From Pedobacter sp. (GTDB lineage Bacteria; Desulfobacterota; Desulfuromonadia; Desulfuromonadales; Syntrophotaleaceae), in contig JBFWJC010000001.1 of the NCBI GenBank assembly GCA_050253415.1, positions 96,001-160,000 of the forward strand: DNA of 64,000 nt, written 5' to 3'. Every line of letters starts with the position of its first letter. Position 1 is the first letter of the stretch. The position numbers were made by a program, and so were the translations under genes. Below the pieces are notes generated by a model that saw only the letters and a list, made by a program, of their open reading frames with translations, was not told the DNA's origin and searched no databases. Shown here piece after piece: positions 10,731 to 21,093 of the stretch.

Positions 10731-11468
10731 ATGACCAAGGATTCGCTATTCTCACGCCCGCAAAAACCGGTACCGCCGTTTGAATTCAATGAATCGGTGG
10801 TACAGGTGTTCGATGACATGATCAACCGCTCCGTACCCTGCTACCGGGAACTGGTCCTGCGCCAGGCCCAATTAACCGCACACTACTACCAACCGGAAAC
10901 ACGCATCTATGATCTGGGCTGTTCCACCGGCAACCTGAGCCTGGCGGTTTGCGCCGTTATGGATAACGACCGCCCCTTCCAGTTGGTCGGTGTGGACAAT
11001 TCGGAACCGATGCTCACCGTCTGCCGTGAACGCATGCAATCCGTGCCGGCCGTTGCAGACATCTCCCTGCAGTGCGCCGATATCTGCAAGGTTGCGATGA
11101 GCAGTGCCTCGGTGGTGATTCTCAACCTGACCCTGCAGTTCATACCGCCGGCTGACCGACAGGAACTTTTGAACCGTATTTTCAACGCTCTTGTCCCCGG
11201 CGGCATCCTGCTTCTGACGGAAAAGACCGTGCATGCCCATGCCGGTCTGAGCGACTTGCAACAGGATTTCTATTACCGATTCAAAGCCGAAAATGGCTAT
11301 TCGCAGATGGAAATCAGCCAAAAACGCGAAGCGCTGGAAAATGTGCTGGTCCCGGACACTGTGGAAACCCACCTGGTACGCTTGGACAGGGCGGGTTTCA
11401 AAGCCATCGACACCTGGCTTAAATGGTTCAATTTCGCTTCGTTTATCGCCTTGAAGGAAACACCATGA
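10731..11468 (+). CDS. cmoA: Carboxy-S-adenosyl-L-methionine synthase
   Basis: [54 protein letters not shown]. Confidence 0.93.
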   Translation: MTKDSLFSRPQKPVPPFEFNESVVQVFDDMINRSVPCYRELVLRQAQLTAHYYQPETRIYDLGCSTGNLSLAVCAVMDNDRPFQLVGVDNSEPMLTVCRERMQSVPAVADISLQCADICKVAMSSASVVILNLTLQFIPPADRQELLNRIFNALVPGGILLLTEKTVHAHAGLSDLQQDFYYRFKAENGYSQMEISQKREALENVLVPDTVETHLVRLDRAGFKAIDTWLKWFNFASFIALKETP

Positions 11469-12439
11469 AGACCCTGCTGACCGCCGCGGCCAAGGCTATC
11501 GGCCCTGGCCCCTGGCAACAACCTCTCACCGAACTGCTCGCCGAGCGAGGCCATCAGCTGGCCTGCGTGGACGGCAACGTCCGCAGACTAAGCGGGCTTA
11601 TGCAGCAGTTGCCGGAGGTTGTTCCTTCCCGACGAGACATCGAATCCGGCCGCATTGAGATCGGTGCGGCAAGCGACCTCTCCGAGCAGCAACGCCAGGA
11701 ACTGTTCGACACGCTCATGGCGTTTCGTCCCTGGCGCAAGGGCCCGTTCAGTATTTTCGGCATCCCTGTCGATACCGAATGGCGGTCGGATCTGAAATGG
11801 GCACGCATCGCCCCCCACATGGCGCCGCTGCAAGGCCGGCGCATCCTGGACGTCGGCTGCAGTTGCGGCTACTACCTGATGCGCATGGCCGCCTTCGACC
11901 CGCAACTGGCCCTGGGCCTGGAGCCGTATCCGCCGCTGTTTTGCCAGTATGTCCTGCTGCAACGCTGGTTGAAGCTGCCGCAGGTCCACTGCCTGCCGTT
12001 GAAACTGGAAGAATTACCGCCCATGGACGGCTATTTCGACACCATCTTCCACATGGGGGTACTCTATCACCAGCGGTCGCCCCACGACGCCCTGAAACAA
12101 CTGGCAGCGTTGCTGCGCCCCGGCGGCGAACTGGTGCTGGAAACCCTGGTGCTTGATGGCGAGCAGGATATGGCGCTGTGCCCCCGCGACCGATATGCCA
12201 AGATGCGCAACGTGTTTTTCCTGCCGACCGTACCCTGCCTGGAGGCCTGGCTGATCAAAGCCGGCTTTGAAGATGTCCGCTGCGTCGACCGCAGTTGGAC
12301 CACCAGCGCGGAGCAAGGCCCGACGCCCTGGGTTAATACCGAGTCGTTGCCCGACTTCCTCGATGCGGAGAATCCGACACTTACCATCGAAGGCTACCAG
12401 GCCCCCCTACGGGCAGCCATCATCGCCCGCAGGCGCTGA
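11465..12439 (+). CDS. cmoB: tRNA U34 carboxymethyltransferase
   Basis: [40 protein letters not shown]; overlaps cmoA stop (ATGA). Confidence 0.93.
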   Translation: MKTLLTAAAKAIGPGPWQQPLTELLAERGHQLACVDGNVRRLSGLMQQLPEVVPSRRDIESGRIEIGAASDLSEQQRQELFDTLMAFRPWRKGPFSIFGIPVDTEWRSDLKWARIAPHMAPLQGRRILDVGCSCGYYLMRMAAFDPQLALGLEPYPPLFCQYVLLQRWLKLPQVHCLPLKLEELPPMDGYFDTIFHMGVLYHQRSPHDALKQLAALLRPGGELVLETLVLDGEQDMALCPRDRYAKMRNVFFLPTVPCLEAWLIKAGFEDVRCVDRSWTTSAEQGPTPWVNTESLPDFLDAENPTLTIEGYQAPLRAAIIARRR

Positions 12440-12524
12440 TCGCACCGCCGGTGCACCCTTGACAAGATGCCGGGTCCCCAATACCCTCTCTGAAAATCAT
12501 GTTCGCATTGTACAGGAGGACAGC

Positions 12525-12713
12525 ATGCCCATCATTACCCTCACCATTTCCCCCCGCAGCCCCGAGGTCAAAGAGCAACTCATCGCCAGATTGACCGAAA
12601 CCGCCGCCGACGTCACCGGCATCCCGGCGGAAAAATTCATCGTGGTCATCGATGAAAACCCGGTGGAAAACATCGGTGTCGGCGGTGTACCGCTGAACAA
12701 GCTGCTCCCCTGA
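12525..12713 (+). CDS. 4-oxalocrotonate tautomerase family (DmpI-like)
   Basis: 62 aa, catalytic N-terminal Pro (MPII), ENIGVGG, AGGAGG RBS. Confidence 0.85.
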   Translation: MPIITLTISPRSPEVKEQLIARLTETAADVTGIPAEKFIVVIDENPVENIGVGGVPLNKLLP

Positions 12714-12740
12714 GTACTCAAGGGCGTTTTTCCCGCAAAG

Positions 12741-12856
12741 ACCGCAGAGAACGCTGGGGAATACAACAGCTCATAACGGGCTACTCATTCATCGGTAAAT
12801 AGTGATCGAAATCTACCAATTTCTCTCTGCGAACTCAGCGCACTCTGCGGTAAATC
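12741..12856. repeat. Palindromic element of 9-nt-period CGCAGAG units
   Basis: ACCGCAGAG...CTCTGCGGT outer inverted repeat. Confidence 0.75.
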
Positions 12857-12899
12857 CCGCCTTCCCATTTGACCTATCGAAACCAAAAGCGAGGTACCC

Positions 12900-13469
12900 A
12901 TGAAAAAATCTCTCGGAATAAACACCCTGGCGCAACCGACCCCTGTCTGGCTGGTCGGCACCTACGACGAAGCCGGGCGCCCGAACCTGGCCACCATTGC
13001 CTGGGGCGGCGTATGCTGCTCAAAACCGCCCTGCGTCTCCGTTGCACTGCGTCCGGCGACCCATACCCACGACAGCATCCTGCAGCGCAAAGCCTTTACC
13101 GTCAATGTCGCCACCCAAGCCTTCGCCCGCCAGGCCGACTACTGCGGCATGGTCTCCGGCCGCGACACCGACAAATTCACCGCCACCGGCCTGACCCCCA
13201 TCCGCAGCACCCTGATCGATGCCCCCTATGTGGACGAACTACCGCTGATCCTCGAATGCAAACTGCAACAATCGGTCACGGTCGGCGGCCACACCCTGTT
13301 CATCGGTGAAATCGTCGATGTCAAAGCTGACGAGGCGGTCCTCAGTGCCGAAGGCTACCCGCATATCGAAAAAGTGAAACCGCTGATCTTCACCCCGGTA
13401 TTGCGCAACTACCACGGTGTCGGCGAGTATCTGGGGCAGGCCTTCAGTATCGGCAAGGAATTGCCGTAA
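12900..13469 (+). CDS. Flavin reductase-like (flavoredoxin family) protein
   Basis: PTPVWLVGTY, AFTVNV, GMVSGRDTDKF, HTLFIGEI. Confidence 0.85.
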   Translation: MKKSLGINTLAQPTPVWLVGTYDEAGRPNLATIAWGGVCCSKPPCVSVALRPATHTHDSILQRKAFTVNVATQAFARQADYCGMVSGRDTDKFTATGLTPIRSTLIDAPYVDELPLILECKLQQSVTVGGHTLFIGEIVDVKADEAVLSAEGYPHIEKVKPLIFTPVLRNYHGVGEYLGQAFSIGKELP

Positions 13470-13522
13470 GGAAAGATGGGGCTTTTCGTTAATACCCGTT
13501 TTTTAAGGTTAAACCAGGATCA

Positions 13523-13609
13523 GATTTACCGCAGAGTACGCAGAGTTCGCTGAGAGAAACTATTGATTGCAAAGACTTTTCTCTGTGCGCTCTGCGGTCT
13601 CCGCGGTGA
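13523..13609. repeat. Palindromic element of 9-nt-period CGCAGAG units
   Basis: ACCGCAGAGTACGCAGAGTTCGCTGAGAGAAA ... TTTCTCTGTGCGCTCTGCGGTCTCCGCGGT. Confidence 0.8.
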
Positions 13610-13630
13610 TGAATCTGACGATAGCAGTAT

Positions 13631-14059
13631 TCACCCCAACCGCTCCAACCACTGCTTGAGGGCCTCGATAATCTGCGTGGCCTGCTTCACACTCAAGCGG
13701 CGCAGATCCCCGACTCCGGTCATGCGCTTGGCAAAACGCCCGAGAGCGGCCCAGCTCGGGTTCTGCACCGCCCCCAAGCGATGCAGATGCAGCCAGAGGT
13801 TACGTGCTTTCCAGACCATGGGCGGCAAAGGCCGCTCGCTGACCCTTGGCAGCCGCGGCCGCCAACCGAGTTCCGCCAGGCGGTCAAGCACCATGCGCAA
13901 CTCGCCATCGGTCAGGTCTGCAGCCGATTCCTTGCCCGGCACCGTCGACCGCACCAGGTCATGGTATATGTCATCGCTAAGGCCGAGTTCCTTTTTGGCT
14001 ATATGGATCTTGGCCAGGGCCCGCCGGCGATATTCGCGATCGTTGGATCTGTCTGGCAT
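13631..14059 (-). CDS. Phage Mu GemA/gp16-like (DUF1018) protein
   Basis: LAKIHIAKKELGLSDDIY...GKESAADL, ALGRFAKRMTGV, IIEALKQW pattern; GGAGG RBS. Confidence 0.8.
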   Translation of the reverse strand: MPDRSNDREYRRRALAKIHIAKKELGLSDDIYHDLVRSTVPGKESAADLTDGELRMVLDRLAELGWRPRLPRVSERPLPPMVWKARNLWLHLHRLGAVQNPSWAALGRFAKRMTGVGDLRRLSVKQATQIIEALKQWLERLG

Positions 14060-14146
14060 AGCAATACCCTCCATCTTCTCAGAATATAGCGTTTTCCGCC
14101 GGGATGAGTTACCCACCCCTTAGCAGAAACATTGCCGTTTATTTTA

Positions 14147-14327
14147 TCACCACGAAGCACACGAAGATCACGAAGAAAACCTATAATGCCCCGCCTGTTA
14201 CCAGTCCGATAAAATACCTTCAATAACCCCTAAAAGATTTTTGCAGATTCCCCGGCAAGTACCCCGCGTCTACTTCGATCATAGCACCGAAATCCCTTCT
14301 TCATGTACTTCATGAACTTCGTGGTGA
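14147..14327. repeat. Palindromic element of 9-nt-period CACGAAG units
   Basis: TCACCACGAAGCACACGAAGATCACGAAGAA ... TTCTTCATGTACTTCATGAACTTCGTGGTGA. Confidence 0.8.
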
Positions 14328-14422
14328 CAAATCAATATTGTTGTTTAAATCCATTCTGGCAACATCACTTGCCATCCGGCCGAGCTTGGCTAAACTCAAG
14401 AAAAAAGCCAAGGGGGAGTCGT

Positions 14423-14962
14423 ATGTGGGAATTCAATGTACTGGTCACCATGGCCCAGGATGGGCGCTACCGTCAGATGCTGGAGGAACTTGCCCCACAT
14501 GGCGAGTTTCACAAAACCGATTTTCATGGTGTGGTCATCGGCAGAGTCCCCGATATGCGTCAGTTTCTGGAGACGGTACGCCAACGACGCCTTGAGCGGA
14601 CCCTCGCCTTTCAGGATGTGAGCCGCATCGTGCCGCTGGACACGGTTTTTTCCTTTGACCTGGATAGTTTTTTGGAAAAAGCCTGTAAATCGATTCGACC
14701 TTATCTGTCCCGCATGAGCGAACACCGCTTTCATGTGCGCCTTGAAAGACGGGGACTCAAAGGGCAAATCGTCTCCCCGGATATCGAGCAGGCGCTGGAT
14801 AATTTCATCCTCGACGAATTGGCCGATCTGGGGCACTCCGGAAAGGTCGATTTTGACGCCCCCGATGCGGTACTGGCCATCGAGACGGTCGGTACCCGCT
14901 GCGGCATCGGCTTTATCACCCGCGAGCTGTCTGACCGCTACCCCTTCGTACACGTCGACTGA
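14423..14962 (+). CDS. Stand-alone THUMP-domain protein
   Basis: SRIVPLD, FHVRLERRG, KVDFDAPDAVLAIE THUMP-like pattern; GGGGAG RBS. Confidence 0.7.
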   Translation: MWEFNVLVTMAQDGRYRQMLEELAPHGEFHKTDFHGVVIGRVPDMRQFLETVRQRRLERTLAFQDVSRIVPLDTVFSFDLDSFLEKACKSIRPYLSRMSEHRFHVRLERRGLKGQIVSPDIEQALDNFILDELADLGHSGKVDFDAPDAVLAIETVGTRCGIGFITRELSDRYPFVHVD

Positions 14963-14977
14963 GACGTCCCCGGAAGC

Positions 14978-15922
14978 ATGCCTACGGATCTGGTACCCGC
15001 CTATGTAAAGCTGCTGGCCAGCGGGCGCTTCGACGAGCGCCTGAAATGGGCCTATTCCCGCATGCGAAGCTGCGACCTGTGTCCGCGCCGCTGCGGCGTC
15101 AATCGCCTGCACAGCAGCCGTGGAGCCTGGTGCCGCACCGGATCACGGGCGGCAGTCGCCAGTTTCGGAGCCCACTTCGGCGAGGAACAACCCCTGGTGG
15201 GCCGACAGGGTTCAGGTACCATCTTCTTCGGCCATTGCAATCTGGGCTGTGTCTTCTGTCAGAACTGGGATATCAGCCATCCCCGGGAACCGATGCGGCC
15301 TGTTTCAGCCGCAATCCTCGCCTCCATGATGCTTAGCCTGCAACGGCAAGGCTGTCACAATATCAATCTGGTCTCCCCGAGCCACGTGGTGGCGCCGATT
15401 CTGGCTGCTGTGCGCCTGGCCGCGCGGCGCGGGTTGCGACTTCCGCTGGTCTACAACAGCGGTGGTTACGACTCCCCGCAAACCCTGGCGATGCTCGACG
15501 GTATCGTCGACATCTACATGCCCGACATGAAGTTTGCCGATTCCGTCATCGCTGCGCCCCTGTTGGGGGTTCCGGATTACGCCGAAGTCAACCGCGCTGC
15601 CGTCCGGATCATGCATCAACAGGTTGGCGACCTGAGAATCGACAACCGGGGCATCGCCTACCGCGGGCTGTTAGTTCGTCACCTGATCCTGCCGGAAAAC
15701 CTGGCGGGCACCGAACGGATTGTTGCCTTTCTGTCCGAGCAGGTTTCCCGCGACACGTATATCAATCTTATGGATCAATATCACCCCTGCCATCGGGCCG
15801 CAGACTATCCGCCCCTCGACCGCCGGCCGACGTTGCAGGAGTTGCACAAGGCCTACAAGTGGGCACAGATGAGCGGCCTGTGGCGTTTCGATACGGCAGA
15901 TGAAAAAACTACACCGGGGTGA
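14978..15922 (+). CDS. PflX-like radical SAM protein
   Basis: CDLCPRRCGVNR, HFGEE, GSGTIFFGHCNLGCVFCQN, GCHNINLV, DIYMPDMK, LLVRHLILP. Confidence 0.85.
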   Translation: MPTDLVPAYVKLLASGRFDERLKWAYSRMRSCDLCPRRCGVNRLHSSRGAWCRTGSRAAVASFGAHFGEEQPLVGRQGSGTIFFGHCNLGCVFCQNWDISHPREPMRPVSAAILASMMLSLQRQGCHNINLVSPSHVVAPILAAVRLAARRGLRLPLVYNSGGYDSPQTLAMLDGIVDIYMPDMKFADSVIAAPLLGVPDYAEVNRAAVRIMHQQVGDLRIDNRGIAYRGLLVRHLILPENLAGTERIVAFLSEQVSRDTYINLMDQYHPCHRAADYPPLDRRPTLQELHKAYKWAQMSGLWRFDTADEKTTPG

Positions 15923-16589
15923 TAGGCATCGGGCGGTTTCCCCTCTGGAGAGACACCGCGATCGATTCACCGAGTTCAACGGCAGCCCTGACGGCTCCGG
16001 GTTGGTCTTCAAAGGCATGTATGCCCACTGATTCAACGGTGGCATCTTGTCCAAACAACATAGTGATGCCGCTCATGGTACAACCGTTGCCATAGCCGCA
16101 TTTCACGCAGGGCACGTTGCCATCAACCCTTATGGAACCTAAAAACTCCATCCCCTCTTCCATCATAAAAAACTTTATGGCATTGGAGCCGAAATCAAAT
16201 GCCGGCGGCATGTTTACGTCATACGCCGGGATCGCACAGGTGATAACCGCCCCCCCAGGCTTTCCTGCAAGGAATCCTTCGTTGTGACGCAGGGGATAAA
16301 GCCTTTCCATAAAGGCCTTGGTGCGTGAATCGAGTGACGAATAGGGAGTAAAGCCGGCAATCACCAGCGCATCGGCCTGTTTCACCTTTTCCGCCAAAAC
16401 GATGCCATCATCCTGGATTACGCAGCAATGGGTATCCACACAACCAAGGCAGGCACGGCAGGACGCAACGGTACAATCTTTCAGGCTGACAAATTCCGTT
16501 GCGAGCCCGGTTGCCTCCAAAACCTTTTTCAAAGCACGATCCGTATTGCCGTTCTGTACAGGGGACCCTGATACACCCAAAACCTTCAT
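15909..16589 (-). CDS. Iron-sulfur flavoprotein / NADPH-dependent FMN reductase family
   Basis: VSGSPVQNGNT, CRACLGCVDTHCCVIQDD, extra CVKCGYGNGC motif. Confidence 0.85.
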   Translation of the reverse strand: MKVLGVSGSPVQNGNTDRALKKVLEATGLATEFVSLKDCTVASCRACLGCVDTHCCVIQDDGIVLAEKVKQADALVIAGFTPYSSLDSRTKAFMERLYPLRHNEGFLAGKPGGAVITCAIPAYDVNMPPAFDFGSNAIKFFMMEEGMEFLGSIRVDGNVPCVKCGYGNGCTMSGITMLFGQDATVESVGIHAFEDQPGAVRAAVELGESIAVSLQRGNRPMPITPV

Positions 16590-16700
16590 AGAACACCTCC
16601 TCGTTTCTGTACCGACTGGTACCGGTTCATGACTGTCACAAACCGGTGCCGATCAGTTCCGAATTTTTCGTGGAGGCTAAGCGAAAAGAGGATCGCATTC

Positions 16701-16716
16701 TGTAGCAACGGCTACA
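16701..16716. promoter_or_regulatory. Crp/Fnr-type palindromic operator
   Basis: TGTAGC-AACG-GCTACA perfect palindrome between the Crp/Fnr gene and the flavoprotein gene. Confidence 0.7.
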
Positions 16717-16741
16717 AAAGAAAAAAATAGGACAATAAACC

Positions 16742-17443
16742 TCATAAAGGTGGGAGTAACAAGGTCTTTCCTGCCGAAGCAACCTTGCCAGCCAATTTCA
16801 GCGCCTTCAGGGCCCGACTGACGCTTACGCGATGGGCACCGACAAGGAAACCCAATTCCTCGTGGGTTAACGGGAACGGAATCCGCATACCTCCCGACTC
16901 TGTCTGACCATGTTCACCGGCGATATGCGACAGTATGCCGAACAGCCGCTCTTCAATGTCGGAGGTTGCCAGATCACCTATGCGATGGGTCAGACTTGAA
17001 ATCCTCAGGCTCATATTTCTGATCACCTGGAGACCCACATTGGGATACTCCAGGATAATACTTTCGAATTGCTCCCTTTTAAGCCCGCAAATCAGGGAAT
17101 CTTCCAGGCACCGGGCACTGACCGGATATTCGGCTTCCTCGGCCAGCATATCTTCCCCCAACAAATCCCCCCCCTTTCGAATATCCAGGGTCCTTTCATT
17201 TCCGTTTTCAAAAACTTTGGACAAGGTTACACGTCCTCCCTTGATCAAAAACATCTCCCTAACCGGGTCCCCTTGCCTGAACAGATATTCACCGGGTTCC
17301 ACCCGCCGGCGGGTAGCCAGGTGACTAAGGGCTTTCAGTTCCTGGGGAGCAAGATTTTGAAACATCCACAGATCACCGACACAGATCTCGGACAAAACCA
17401 GGCCATCCCAAGCCAGTTTATCGCACATACAGTTCATCATCAC
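16742..17443 (-). CDS. Crp/Fnr-family transcriptional regulator
   Basis: LFRQGDP cNMP-like domain, LTHEELGFLVGAHRVSVSRAL helix-turn-helix. Confidence 0.9.
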   Translation of the reverse strand: MMMNCMCDKLAWDGLVLSEICVGDLWMFQNLAPQELKALSHLATRRRVEPGEYLFRQGDPVREMFLIKGGRVTLSKVFENGNERTLDIRKGGDLLGEDMLAEEAEYPVSARCLEDSLICGLKREQFESIILEYPNVGLQVIRNMSLRISSLTHRIGDLATSDIEERLFGILSHIAGEHGQTESGGMRIPFPLTHEELGFLVGAHRVSVSRALKALKLAGKVASAGKTLLLPPL

Positions 17444-17658
17444 CCCATCGCTCGTTTGATAATCCGCTGATTTCGTTGTTGGCCTTGGTTGTCAGGTTCA
17501 ATCTCCCTGGCATTGAAATTTCACTTGAAATCACTGTTCAAAAAACTGATGCCGCCCCATGTTCACTTTTCGACCAAGCTTGTTCTTGACGCAACATTCT
17601 ACCAAGAGTACATTGGCCAGAAATTATTTTTTATTTAATATATAAGGCGGCCATTTTG

Positions 17659-19110
17659 ATGAAGAAAATTCTGATCATCGATCAACACCCTTTGTCCCGA
17701 GTCCATTTGACAGATGTATTGAATTCAAAATACCTGGTCATTGAATCGGAAAATGAAAGGGAGGCGATTGAACTTGCCAGAATTCATCAGCCGGATTTGA
17801 TCATTCTAGACATGGAAGTATTAAATGGAAATGCCTCCATCGCATGCACAAATCTCAAAACTTACAAGGAAACAAAATACCTACCTTTAATCTTGTGCTA
17901 TAACGAAAATCATGAAAAAGACATCCTCAATGGACTCCTTTCCGGCGCTGATGATTATTTTGTGAAGCCAATCAACGCAACTGAACTGTTATCGAGAATT
18001 GATATACATCTACGTACCAAAAACTATTATTCCGATCTGAGAAAAAAAGATTTGCTCATGCTGTTGGAAATGACAGAAATTATTTCTGTCACTAGAAATC
18101 CAAGAAGAATTCTAAATATTATTGTTGAAAAAATTATTAAAACCATTGATGTATCAAGATGCTCTATCATCGGAATTAATGATTATGGTGAGTTACTGGT
18201 ATTGGCAAGCAGTGACCTACCGGAAGATAAAGAGATAAAACTTGATTTAAAAAAGTATCCAGAGATTGAAAAAGCTTTATCAACCCAGCGCCCCGTAGTT
18301 TTGCAAGACATTCGCAGCAATCCTCTCATGGAATCCGTAAAAGACAACATCAGGAACTTGTCTGATAATGCCATGTTTGTTGTGCCGATTGTGAAAAAGC
18401 AAAATGTTATTGGAACCTTTTTTTTGCGAACGGGTTCTACTTTAAAGGGAGGAATCACAGAGAGGATTTCCAAGCTGTGTCAGGTCGTGGCGAGCATATC
18501 AGGTAATGCCCTGGAAAATGCAATACTTTTTGAATCAATGCAGACAACCAAAAATGTACTTGAAGATTTGGTGGTTCGGGACAGTCTGACCAAACTCTTT
18601 AATCACCAATATTATCACACGCGCCTTGATGAGGAATTCTCCCGGGCAAAACGATACAATCTGGAATTGTCCTGCATATTCTTTGATATCGATGACTTTA
18701 AACGAATAAATGACCATTATGGCCACTTGACCGGGGATGTGGTGCTACGACAGATCGGACGACTCGTTACACAGACTCTCCGCAAAAGCGATATCGCATC
18801 TCGCTATGGTGGTGAAGAGTTTGTCATCTGCCTGCCAAACACGGATAGTGACTCTGCTTTCGAATTTGCCGAAAGACTTCTGACTGCCATCAGAAACTTA
18901 TCCGTTCAACAACTCAATGGCAACCGGATCACGGCCAGCATCGGAATTTCGACCTACCGGAATAACAATATGACATCGTACCAGGAGTTGCTCCAATCTG
19001 CCGATAACGCCATGTATCAGGCAAAACAATCGGGGAAAGACCGGATTTTCCGTGCGGCCATTGAGGGCAGGAATGAAAGCCGGACAAGCTGGGACCGGCT
19101 ACAAGGGTAA
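17659..19110 (+). CDS. REC-GAF-GGDEF diguanylate cyclase
   Basis: PDLIILD and GADDYFVKP receiver; GAF; DIDDFK...RKSD...RYGGEEF; visibly AT-rich. Confidence 0.9.
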   Translation: MKKILIIDQHPLSRVHLTDVLNSKYLVIESENEREAIELARIHQPDLIILDMEVLNGNASIACTNLKTYKETKYLPLILCYNENHEKDILNGLLSGADDYFVKPINATELLSRIDIHLRTKNYYSDLRKKDLLMLLEMTEIISVTRNPRRILNIIVEKIIKTIDVSRCSIIGINDYGELLVLASSDLPEDKEIKLDLKKYPEIEKALSTQRPVVLQDIRSNPLMESVKDNIRNLSDNAMFVVPIVKKQNVIGTFFLRTGSTLKGGITERISKLCQVVASISGNALENAILFESMQTTKNVLEDLVVRDSLTKLFNHQYYHTRLDEEFSRAKRYNLELSCIFFDIDDFKRINDHYGHLTGDVVLRQIGRLVTQTLRKSDIASRYGGEEFVICLPNTDSDSAFEFAERLLTAIRNLSVQQLNGNRITASIGISTYRNNNMTSYQELLQSADNAMYQAKQSGKDRIFRAAIEGRNESRTSWDRLQG

Positions 19111-19282
19111 TGACTCGAAACTCGGGTGATTGAACCCCATTTCACGCATAAATATGCAAATCGGTTGATAGCCGAGGGAAATTAGCCCGACTTGACAGAA
19201 TCCTCTGGACCGCTAAACTGCCTGGCGGGATGGCGCAAGTGCGCCCATCAAGAATGAACCATTATTTCAAGGAGAATGCAGC

Positions 19283-20935
19283 ATGCCGCTTCACCCACTG
19301 GCAGGTCACCCGGCACCGAAATCAATCCTTCCCAATATCCCCAGGCTTATCAGCGATTACTACATCCGGCACCCCGACCTGAATGACCAAACAAACCTCG
19401 TCTCCTTCGGCACTTCGGGCCACCGTGGCTGTGCAGCCAAAGGCACCTTTAACGAGGATCATATCTTGGCCATCGTACAGGCGATCTGCGACTATCGCCG
19501 AAATGCGGGCATCGACGGCCCCCTTTTCCTTGGGATGGACACCCATGCGCTTTCCGAACCGGCCCACGCCACCACCCTGGAGGTATTGGCAGCCAACCGG
19601 GTCGAGGTGCGCATCGCCAAGGGTTTGGACTACACCCCCACACCGGTCATTTCCCATGCCATCCTCACCCACAACCGGAGCAGGCAGGGACATCTCGCCG
19701 ACGGGATCGTCATCACCCCTTCCCACAATCCTCCGGATAACGGCGGCATCAAGTACAACCCGCCCAACGGCGGCCCGGCCGATACCGACGTCACCGCGTT
19801 GATTGCCGCCAAGGCCAACGATTATCTGCGCCGGGGGTTGGATGGAATCAAACGCCTGCCCTATGCGCGAGCGATTGACGCACCGTCAACGGTGCCTTAC
19901 GACTATATCACCCCCTACGTCGACGACCTCGCCAATGTCATCGACATGGAGGCGATCAAAAACGCCGGTCTGCGCATCGCGGCCGATGCCCTGGGAGGTT
20001 CCGGCCTCGGATACTGGCACCCGATTGCGAAAAAGTACGGGTTGCATATCGACCTGATCAACGGCGATCCCGACCCCACCTTCAGTTTCATGTGCGTCGA
20101 CAAGGACGGCAAGATCCGCATGGACTGCTCCTCCGCCAGCGCCATGGCGGGCTTGATCAAACTCAAGGACAACTACGATATCGCCTTCGGCAACGACCCC
20201 GACTTCGACCGGCACGGTATCGTCACCCCCACCGCAGGGCTGATGAATCCCAACCACTACCTGGCCGTGGCCATCAACTACCTGTTCAGCCACCGCACCG
20301 GGTGGGGCACCAACGCTGCGATCGGCAAGACCCTGGTCTCCTCATCGATGATCGACCGCGTGGCAGCCGACCTGGGACGCACCCTGTCGGAGGTCCCAGT
20401 CGGATTCAAGTGGTTCGTCGACGGCCTTGTAGACGGCTCCTACGGTTTCGGCGGTGAAGAAAGCGCCGGCGCCTCCTTTTTGCGTAAGGACGGCACCGTG
20501 TGGTCGACCGACAAGGACGGTATCATCCTTTGCCTGCTGGCAGCAGAGATTACCGCTGTAACCGGTCGCGATCCGGCCCGTCACTACCAGGATCTGGTGC
20601 AAAAATTCGGCGACCCTGTTTACGCCCGCATCGACGCCGAGGCCACCCCAGCGGAAAAGGCCGTCCTCGGCAAACTTTCGCCCGAGCAGATTACCGCCGA
20701 CACTTTGGCAGGGGAACCGATCCTCGCCAAGCTCACCCACGCCCCCGGCAACGGTGCCGACATCGGCGGCCTCAAAGTCACCACCGAAAACGGCTGGTTC
20801 GCCGCCCGCCCCTCGGGCACCGAGGATATTTACAAAATCTATGCGGAGTCCTTCAAGGGCCAGCAGCATCTCAAACAGATCCAGGATCAAGCCAAGGCGA
20901 TCGTCAGCGAGGCATTCAAAGCCGCCGGCGTTTAA
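19283..20935 (+). CDS. pgm: Phosphoglucomutase (alpha-D-glucose-1,6-bisphosphate dependent)
   Basis: [36 protein letters not shown]. Confidence 0.97.
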   Translation: MPLHPLAGHPAPKSILPNIPRLISDYYIRHPDLNDQTNLVSFGTSGHRGCAAKGTFNEDHILAIVQAICDYRRNAGIDGPLFLGMDTHALSEPAHATTLEVLAANRVEVRIAKGLDYTPTPVISHAILTHNRSRQGHLADGIVITPSHNPPDNGGIKYNPPNGGPADTDVTALIAAKANDYLRRGLDGIKRLPYARAIDAPSTVPYDYITPYVDDLANVIDMEAIKNAGLRIAADALGGSGLGYWHPIAKKYGLHIDLINGDPDPTFSFMCVDKDGKIRMDCSSASAMAGLIKLKDNYDIAFGNDPDFDRHGIVTPTAGLMNPNHYLAVAINYLFSHRTGWGTNAAIGKTLVSSSMIDRVAADLGRTLSEVPVGFKWFVDGLVDGSYGFGGEESAGASFLRKDGTVWSTDKDGIILCLLAAEITAVTGRDPARHYQDLVQKFGDPVYARIDAEATPAEKAVLGKLSPEQITADTLAGEPILAKLTHAPGNGADIGGLKVTTENGWFAARPSGTEDIYKIYAESFKGQQHLKQIQDQAKAIVSEAFKAAGV

Positions 20936-21093
20936 AGATCCTTCGGACTTTCACAAATCCTCACCCCCACCCGCCCATGCCGGTGGGGGAATCTTGTTTA
21001 AACAATAGCAATCTTGACCTGTTATGCCGTCTGGGCTAGATTGATGAAAAACCGGCGGAAAGCGTTTCAAATCCTGGCACGAGGACGAGGATT

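Noticed and set aside
12741..14327. CRISPR array or integron attC sites
   Set aside because: No identical direct repeats with regular spacers, no cas or intI gene, and no clear RYYYAAC/GTTRRRY ends
13000..15000. Prophage around the GemA-like gene
   Set aside because: No other phage genes, integrase or att sites are visible
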